Shown here: piece by piece, positions 58,310-64,000 of the stretch
How positions within the stretch are numbered: the first letter of the stretch is position 1
How the letters are laid out: each line of letters begins with the position of its first letter
NCBI GenBank assembly: GCA_963727625.1
Contig: CAVSHR010000006.1
Coordinates: 205,547-269,546 of the forward strand
DNA from: an uncultured delta proteobacterium
Lineage (GTDB): Bacteria; Desulfobacterota; Binatia; UBA9968
DNA: 64,000 bases
Direction of reading: 5' to 3'
The notes under the pieces: generated by a model
The model's input: the letters and a program-made list of their open reading frames with translations, nothing else
The model's database searches: none
What the model was told of the DNA's origin: nothing
Made by a program: the position numbers and the translations under genes

Positions 58310-59404
58310 TTAATGCAACGGATAGAACTGCTTCGGATTCTCAAAGAAGATCTTGTCTGTGAGCGCCGCTGGGATATCTTCGCGCGCGCGCATGGTGGCG
58401 ACCAACTGGCGCTCCTCGGACGGGTCCTGATGGCCGTAATCCGAGCCGATCAGAATATGATCTTCGCCGGTGTATTGGGCGATATAGTGTACGTCTTCAT
58501 CCGCTTCGCAGGCGACGAAAATGCGGTACTCGCGAAACATGTCTTGGTCTGAAGAGAACTTCCACTTCTCGCGAAATAATCTTTTGATGATATGCATCAT
58601 GAACGGAACCCATCCCGCCGAGGCCTCGATGAAGCCGAACTTGAGGCGCGGGAACTGCTCGGGGATTTTGTTGGCGATAATGTCGCGGAAGGCCAACAGC
58701 GGCTGGACCCGGCTGTGGCCGAAGGTGTGATTGCGCTCGACGTCGAAAAGATTCAAAAACAGCGGGCAGCCGGCGCCGGTATGTATGCAGATCGGCAAGT
58801 CGAGATCGTTGGCCGCCTGGTAGATCGGGTAGAAGTAAGGGTTGTCCAGCGTGCGTTGGCCCTCGATGCCACGGAAGAACACGCCCACCGCCCCATTCTC
58901 CTTGCCCCATTTGATTTCTTTCACTGATTCTTCCACCGAGTGCAGCGGCGGCACCACCACCCAGCGCATGCGCCCATGGGACCCGGCGCAGGCCTGGGCG
59001 AGAAAGCGATTGTAGGCGCGCGCCATGGCGACATCGAGACCGACATCGTCGGTGATGTAAATGAGAAACAGCGTCGGAAAAACCACCTGGGTGTCGACGC
59101 CGAGCCGGTCCATGTCCTTCAAGCGGCTGGGAATATCGGTCATCTCCCGGCAGGCAAGATGAATGTCGCCTCGCGAGGTTTCCAACTTCGACGCCGACGG
59201 TGTAATCAAGCGAAAGCTCCCCTTGCCGTTGGGCTTGGGAAAAATGTTGCCGTCGATCAGCCAAAAGGCGTTGCGCGGCCCGTACAGCGTGTCCTCCGGT
59301 CCTTTGAGCAGCACTGGCCGGCGTTGAACCATCTCCTTGTCTATCATCGCCCACATCGATTCGCCTTCCGAAATATGCGTGTCCGCATCGATTATCCCTG
59401 CCAT
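58310..59404 (-). CDS. Amidohydrolase-2 (ACMSD-like) family metal-dependent hydrolase
   Basis: 364 aa. N-terminal IIDADTHI metal-binding start and later HTGAG / DYGHQD motifs. Confidence 0.8.
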   Translation of the reverse strand: MAGIIDADTHISEGESMWAMIDKEMVQRRPVLLKGPEDTLYGPRNAFWLIDGNIFPKPNGKGSFRLITPSASKLETSRGDIHLACREMTDIPSRLKDMDRLGVDTQVVFPTLFLIYITDDVGLDVAMARAYNRFLAQACAGSHGRMRWVVVPPLHSVEESVKEIKWGKENGAVGVFFRGIEGQRTLDNPYFYPIYQAANDLDLPICIHTGAGCPLFLNLFDVERNHTFGHSRVQPLLAFRDIIANKIPEQFPRLKFGFIEASAGWVPFMMHIIKRLFREKWKFSSDQDMFREYRIFVACEADEDVHYIAQYTGEDHILIGSDYGHQDPSEERQLVATMRAREDIPAALTDKIFFENPKQFYPLH

Positions 59405-59521
59405 GGCATTCCTCCTAGTCTATTGAAACTGCCTGATTTCGCCGTTCGTCAACCACGCTCTTCCTGCCACCGTTCACAGAGCTATAGCAAGACTCCACGC
59501 TGCTCCGCCAGCAATGGCAAA

Positions 59522-60421
59522 CTAAGCTTTCACTGCCCCAGCGATGATCCACTCTGACGCGATTTGACGCGCATCGCGCGCTTGTTCCGGGGCGATTTGA
59601 GCCAGCAGCTTTTCGAATTGCTTGAAGTCGACCTTCAACGTTTCGTCCATGCAGGCGATATATTCGTTGAAGGTTTTTTCCGCCAACGCCGGCGCGTGGC
59701 CAAAATGCTTTTCCAGAATGCGCAGCGCCTCGGCACGATGCGACTTGAAGTATTGAATCCCCTCGCTGTACGCGGCGAGGAAAGTTGTCAGATCTTTCTC
59801 CCTCTCGCGCCATCGCTTCTCGGTGGTCTCGATGGTTATCGGCAGCGGGTCGTCGACCACCTCCGGCCATTCACTGAGGCGCTTGAATCCTCTCGCCTCG
59901 GCGATAAAACCAAAAGGCCGCGGCAAGAGCGCCGCCTGCGCCTGGCCGTCGATCAGCCAATTGAAAGCGTCTTGATCGCCGCTCGCTAACCGCAGCGTCA
60001 GATCGGTCCCCACGCGGAGCATTGCTAATTGATGAAATGATTCCGCGATCGGCGCGTTGCGCGATGGGCCTTCCCGGCAAGCCACGATTTTGCCCCTGAG
60101 ATCGGCGAGCGCGCCGATCCCCGGCGTCGCGATCAAATAATAGGGACAATGATTCATCGCGCAACCGAGAATCCGCGTCGATTTCGACGCGAGGAAATGC
60201 TGCAACGACGCCCGTCCGACCACCAGCGATATTTGCGCCGAATCGTCCGCCAGCCTGCGATAGCGTTCTTCGGTGCCCTGCACATGCTGCCAGGACACCT
60301 CCAGACCATGCTTCTGAAAAATTCCCGTCTCAATGGACAAATAGCCGCTCGGATCGCGCGCGAAGTCGCCGCCCGCGCCTTCGAGGTGACCGTACATGAC
60401 GTTGAGAGTCGTTAAGCTCAT
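59522..60421 (-). CDS. NMT1/THI5-like (NitT/TauT-type) substrate-binding-fold protein without a signal peptide
   Basis: 299 aa with a type-2 periplasmic-binding-fold pattern. The N-terminus MSLTTLNVMYGHLEG has no hydrophobic leader. Confidence 0.6.
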   Translation of the reverse strand: MSLTTLNVMYGHLEGAGGDFARDPSGYLSIETGIFQKHGLEVSWQHVQGTEERYRRLADDSAQISLVVGRASLQHFLASKSTRILGCAMNHCPYYLIATPGIGALADLRGKIVACREGPSRNAPIAESFHQLAMLRVGTDLTLRLASGDQDAFNWLIDGQAQAALLPRPFGFIAEARGFKRLSEWPEVVDDPLPITIETTEKRWREREKDLTTFLAAYSEGIQYFKSHRAEALRILEKHFGHAPALAEKTFNEYIACMDETLKVDFKQFEKLLAQIAPEQARDARQIASEWIIAGAVKA

Positions 60422-60512
60422 GGCTCGTCTCCATTCCTCGCCTGCCGCCCTCCTCTATATTACGGCTTGCTCTAGCAAACAAACCATTCCCGACACGAAC
60501 GAGCAAGAATTC

Positions 60513-60542
60513 TTGACAGCCGATTGCCTTCGGGAATAAAGT
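60513..60542 (+). promoter_or_regulatory. Possible sigma-70 promoter of the cupin gene
   Basis: TTGACA-N18-TAAAGT, about 50 nt upstream of the AAGGGAGG RBS and ATG 60593. Confidence 0.3.
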
Positions 60543-60592
60543 CCGGTCATACCTTGGGGTAGAGTTACTATCATTAATAAAGGGAGGTCGTC

Positions 60593-61018
60593 ATGCAACT
60601 ATTAAATATTTCCGAAAAGGCCACAGAGCGTAAAAAAGGTCAGCGACGCATCGACCTTTTCCGCCGCGAAAACCTCGAAACGTGGATTCTTATCTTTCCG
60701 CCGGGGGATGTGCAGAGAATGCACAACCATCCGTCGGATCGGACCTATTATGTCCTCACCGGCAAGGGTATTATGAAGGGCCTCAACGAATCGCACGAGG
60801 TTTCAGCCGGCCAGATTCTAAGCATACCGGCCCACGAGTTTTACGAGGGCTCGAATCCCTACGATGAGCCGATGATTCTATTGGGCAACAGCCACAAGGC
60901 AACGCCAGAAGACGTCGCCAAAGCCGGCGGCCAGCGCAACGAGATCGATGAAAAGACCGGCAAGCGCATCATTTACCAGCACGGCGGAGGTCAGGACATG
61001 GGAGTATTGGCGGACTAG
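60593..61018 (+). CDS. Cupin-domain protein
   Basis: 141 aa with a cupin motif (GDVQRMHNHPSDRTYYVLTGKG...AGQILSIPAHEFY). Confidence 0.8.
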   Translation: MQLLNISEKATERKKGQRRIDLFRRENLETWILIFPPGDVQRMHNHPSDRTYYVLTGKGIMKGLNESHEVSAGQILSIPAHEFYEGSNPYDEPMILLGNSHKATPEDVAKAGGQRNEIDEKTGKRIIYQHGGGQDMGVLAD

Positions 61019-61041
61019 TCGAGCCTAGCTCAAAGGTCTTC

Positions 61042-61600
61042 TCAAAGCCCGGCCGGCGCGGCGATCGGTGACTTGGCGTAGCCGATCGGCACAAGATGGT
61101 AGATTCGCAGCGGCTGGGGAATTTTCAACAACACTTTCAGCATGGTTTCCATTTAGGGCGAATTGGCATCGTTGACGTACTGGGACGCCAGGCCGAGCGC
61201 CGTCGCCGCCAGATGGATCAGAAGCGTCGCGTTGGCCAGGCCGGTAATGAAGCGCGACTCGGCATTTTCCAGTTGGGTGCGGATAGGATAGGATTGCTTC
61301 ACCCTCGGGTCACCGACAATCACGATGTGGAGTGGCGCGTGGCGAAAGCCCTCGCCGGTCATCTTCGCCGTACCGCGCACGGCTAAATCCATCTCGCGCT
61401 TTGGTTCCATCTGCTTGAGATAATAGTCGGCGATTTTGTAGCGAGTGGCTTGATCGCGCACGACGATAAACTCCCAAGGCTGTCCGTTGCCACCCGACGG
61501 TGCCCAGCGGGCGCAGTCAAGAACCTTTCGCACCATCGCTCGGAGATCTCCCGGCGTTCGTCGTAGCCGCGAATGCGGTGGCGCTGCTCCGCCAAGCTGA
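61042..61600 (-). pseudogene. Decayed nitroreductase-family gene
   Basis: The N-terminal segment (LAEQRHRIRGYDERREISER) is one frame off the core (MVRKVLDCARWAPSGGNGQPWEFIVV...). The core ends at an in-frame TAA (61153-61155), directly followed in frame by the expected C-terminus (METMLKVLLKIPQPLRIYHLVPIGYAK...TGA 61042). Confidence 0.6.
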
Positions 61601-61826
61601 GTCAGTCATCGATATTCATGCTTGCCCCCCTGCCGGCAAATACCCTTGAACTCTTTTGCAACAAAGCAAGGTTTTAGACAACCGGTGCCCAGTTGCGCAA
61701 ATCACGGCGCCGAATTGGCGTCAGCTATCATTCCGTCGCTGCCGCTCGAAGCCGTGCCAAAAGTTAGGCTCGACAATTTGTTTCTTAGTGTTTCCGCGAA
61801 ACTGTGGTATCCTTTTCACACTTCCG

Positions 61827-64000
61827 ATGAACGGGAAAACCCTACCGTCCGAACTCACCCGTGCGCCATCGGTCGCCTCTCGGTTCTTTTCGTTCGTCAA
61901 TGGGCCGCTGCTCAAGCGCTGGCTCTGGCGCTTGAGTGCTTGTCTGCTGCTGTTGCTCTGCCTCTTCATCGAAATCCAGACTTCGCTCCTACAGTCATGG
62001 ATTTTCACCAGCACCAACGAGCGCCTGTTCTTCAACCTGCAGGAAGGTCCGAGTGCGGAAATCTTCTTTCCGCGTGCCGCGCCCTTCGACGACCGGCGCG
62101 GCTATTCCAAATTGCCGCGGTTTCAATCCCGACTGCAAGAACAGGGATACCGCATAACCCGGCAAGCGCGCCAATCGGAAACCATGCTGACGCTATTAGC
62201 GCAAGGTATTTCCCCACCCTACGGCGAACGAGCCGCCGCCGGTCTCGATATCCGCGGTGCCGACGGCACGCCTCTGTTTCGCTACGGTCAAGCGGAATTT
62301 TTGTTCGAAAAAATTGACACGATCCCGCCGCTGGTGGTCAAAGCACTGCTGTTTCTTGAAAACCGCGATCTCGATCGTCCGGCGACGCCGTGGCAAAACC
62401 CGGTGATCGAGTGGGGCCGCATCCTCAAAGCCGGGCTGATGTATATCGGGTCCAAGCTTCATCTGCCAGTCCCGGTGCAGGGCGGCAGCACACTCGCTGT
62501 CCAACTGGAGAAATTTCGCCACTCCCCCAACGGCCGTACCGACACGCCGATGGAAAAATTGCGCCAGATCATCGGCGCAAGTCTGAAAGCTTATCGCGAG
62601 GGCGCGAACACGCGCGCCTGGCGTGAGCGCATCGTCGTCGATTATCTCAACTCCGTACCGCTGGCCGCCGCGCCCGGTTACGGCGAGATCCATGGACTTG
62701 GCGAAGCGCTCTACGCCTGGTTCGGCATGCGCCTCGACGACGTCGTTGCGGCGTTGAATTCTCCCGGCCCGTCGCCGGCGAAAGTGCGCGCTTTCAAACA
62801 TGTTTTGACGCTGCTCATTTCGGTGCGCGCGCCGTCGGTGTATCTGGTCGACGAGCGGGCTTCTTTGGAGGACAAAGTCAACCAGTTCACCCGCCTGATG
62901 GCGCGCAACGGCATCATCGATTGGGAGTTTGCCGCGGAGTTGCAGGAAACCCCGATCCGTTTCCTCCTCGCCGCGCCGCTGCCGCCGCAGCCCTCGTCGA
63001 GTAAAAATAAAGCGGCCAATGCCATTCGCACCAACATGATGGAGGCGCTCGGCATCGCCAACGTTTACGAATTGGACCGTCTGCACCTGCAGGTTCGCAG
63101 CTCTTTCGATGTCGCCCTGCAAAAAAAAGTAACCGAATTTCTCCATCGCCTCGCCAATCCGCAATTCGTCAGTGCCCATGGACTGAGTGGCGAGCGGCTG
63201 CTGGAGGACGCCGATCCCGCCAAGGTGATTTATTCATTTCTGTTGGTCGAAGCCGCGCCGGCCGGCAATTTCATCCGCGTGCAGGCGGATAATTTTGCCG
63301 CGCCCTTCGACTTCAATAAAAGCGTCAAATTGGAACTGGGCAGCACCGCCAAGTTGCGCACCCTGACCCATTACTTGGAAGTGATGGCCGAGCTCCACGC
63401 CGAGTTCGCGGGATTGAACGACGAAGAGTTGGCGCGGAGAGCCAAAACCGCGGGCGATCCGTTGACTCGGTGGGCCATTGAAACGGCGCAGACTGAAAAA
63501 AACCTGTCGTTGCAGGCTTTCCTCGAACAGGCGATGGAGCGGCGCTACTCGGCGAGCCCTAATGAAGAATTCTTTACCGGCGGCGGCCTGCTCCGCTTCG
63601 AGAACTTCGACAAAAAAGACGACCACCGCGCCGTGGCGCTCAACGATGCCTTTCGCAATTCGATCAACCTGGTGTTTATTCGCCTGATGCGCGATCTGGT
63701 GAGCTATCATCGAGCCCGGCTCCCTTACAACACCAACGACGTGCTGGCGAACCCGGCCAACCCGAAGCGGCAGAAAATGCTTGGAGAAATCGCCGAAGAG
63801 GAATCCCGCCAGGCGCTGCGCCGGGCGCACCAGAACTACGCCAAGCAGGGTCCGGACGAAATCGTCGCCCGTCTGCTCGGCAGCAAGGGAAACATCGCGC
63901 GCCGTTTGACGATGTTATTTTTTGCCTGGCGCATCGGCGCCGGCATGAGCGATCTCGAGGCGTGGTTCGAAAAGAATCAAGTTCCAACCGAAGGCGTCGA
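61827..64000 (+). CDS. Class A penicillin-binding protein (GT51 transglycosylase + transpeptidase), 3' end beyond the window
   Basis: Uninterrupted frame from ATG 61827 to the window edge, so it is absent from the ORF track. N-terminal TM (WLWRLSACLLLLLCLFIEI), GT51 motifs (LLFLENRDLDRP...GGSTLAVQLEKF), transpeptidase SxxK (LGSTAKL) and SxN (RNSIN). Track ORFs 62196..63179(-) and 63234..63830(-) are antisense shadows. Confidence 0.8.
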   Translation, partial: MNGKTLPSELTRAPSVASRFFSFVNGPLLKRWLWRLSACLLLLLCLFIEIQTSLLQSWIFTSTNERLFFNLQEGPSAEIFFPRAAPFDDRRGYSKLPRFQSRLQEQGYRITRQARQSETMLTLLAQGISPPYGERAAAGLDIRGADGTPLFRYGQAEFLFEKIDTIPPLVVKALLFLENRDLDRPATPWQNPVIEWGRILKAGLMYIGSKLHLPVPVQGGSTLAVQLEKFRHSPNGRTDTPMEKLRQIIGASLKAYREGANTRAWRERIVVDYLNSVPLAAAPGYGEIHGLGEALYAWFGMRLDDVVAALNSPGPSPAKVRAFKHVLTLLISVRAPSVYLVDERASLEDKVNQFTRLMARNGIIDWEFAAELQETPIRFLLAAPLPPQPSSSKNKAANAIRTNMMEALGIANVYELDRLHLQVRSSFDVALQKKVTEFLHRLANPQFVSAHGLSGERLLEDADPAKVIYSFLLVEAAPAGNFIRVQADNFAAPFDFNKSVKLELGSTAKLRTLTHYLEVMAELHAEFAGLNDEELARRAKTAGDPLTRWAIETAQTEKNLSLQAFLEQAMERRYSASPNEEFFTGGGLLRFENFDKKDDHRAVALNDAFRNSINLVFIRLMRDLVSYHRARLPYNTNDVLANPANPKRQKMLGEIAEEESRQALRRAHQNYAKQGPDEIVARLLGSKGNIARRLTMLFFAWRIGAGMSDLEAWFEKNQVPTEGV

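Overview
GC-rich chromosomal segment (roughly 55-60 % GC by eye) from a Gram-negative-type bacterium. The lineage cannot be assigned from sequence alone. The gene content (sigma-54 regulator, selenoproteins, expanded SBP family) is reminiscent of uncultured delta-proteobacteria-like or Rokubacteria-like genomes.

Three blocks are visible:

1. **1-5.3 kb:** redox and miscellaneous genes. These are a TPP enzyme, a GlcG-like protein, a thioredoxin-TPR protein, an OsmC-like gene with an in-frame UGA, and an AI-2E transporter.

2. **5.5-30.4 kb:** an almost entirely plus-strand accessory block.
   - It holds 11 intact tandem paralogues of a PF04392-type (ABC_sub_bind) periplasmic solute-binding protein, with no ABC permease or ATPase anywhere in the window.
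   - The paralogues are interrupted by small foreign cassettes: a retropepsin-like protease, a decayed cupin, vapBC, and two signal-peptide peroxiredoxins with in-frame UGA.
   - Each of the first four cassettes lies directly upstream of an in-frame 3' stump of another SBP copy.
   - The array is wired into signalling genes: a Cache/HAMP/GAF histidine kinase start-stop coupled to one SBP, a CheY-like receiver, a receiver-class III nucleotidyl cyclase, an MBL-fold hydrolase, a cNMP-binding/helical-repeat/DASS-like permease fusion, and a sigma-54 (NtrC-type) response regulator.
   - A good sigma-54-type promoter sits in front of the first SBP.

3. **30.4-64 kb:** mostly housekeeping.
   - Genes include tlpA-ccdA, folE, pepA, trxA, mreBCD-mrdA-rodA, ppiD-like, lipB-lipA, glcD/F/E, an MltD-like transglycosylase and a tartronate-semialdehyde-reductase-like gene.
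   - A lower-GC catabolic-looking island lies at about 54.8-61 kb.
   - Two further decayed genes are present.
   - An open-ended class A PBP ORF is absent from the supplied ORF track.

The 1-kb gap at 30.4-31.4 kb carries a self-contained promoter/terminator unit. It encodes a 16-codon poly-lysine micro-ORF.

No rRNA, tRNA, CRISPR array, transposase or integrase was recognised. Many track ORFs are antisense or off-frame shadows typical of GC-rich DNA and are not reported.
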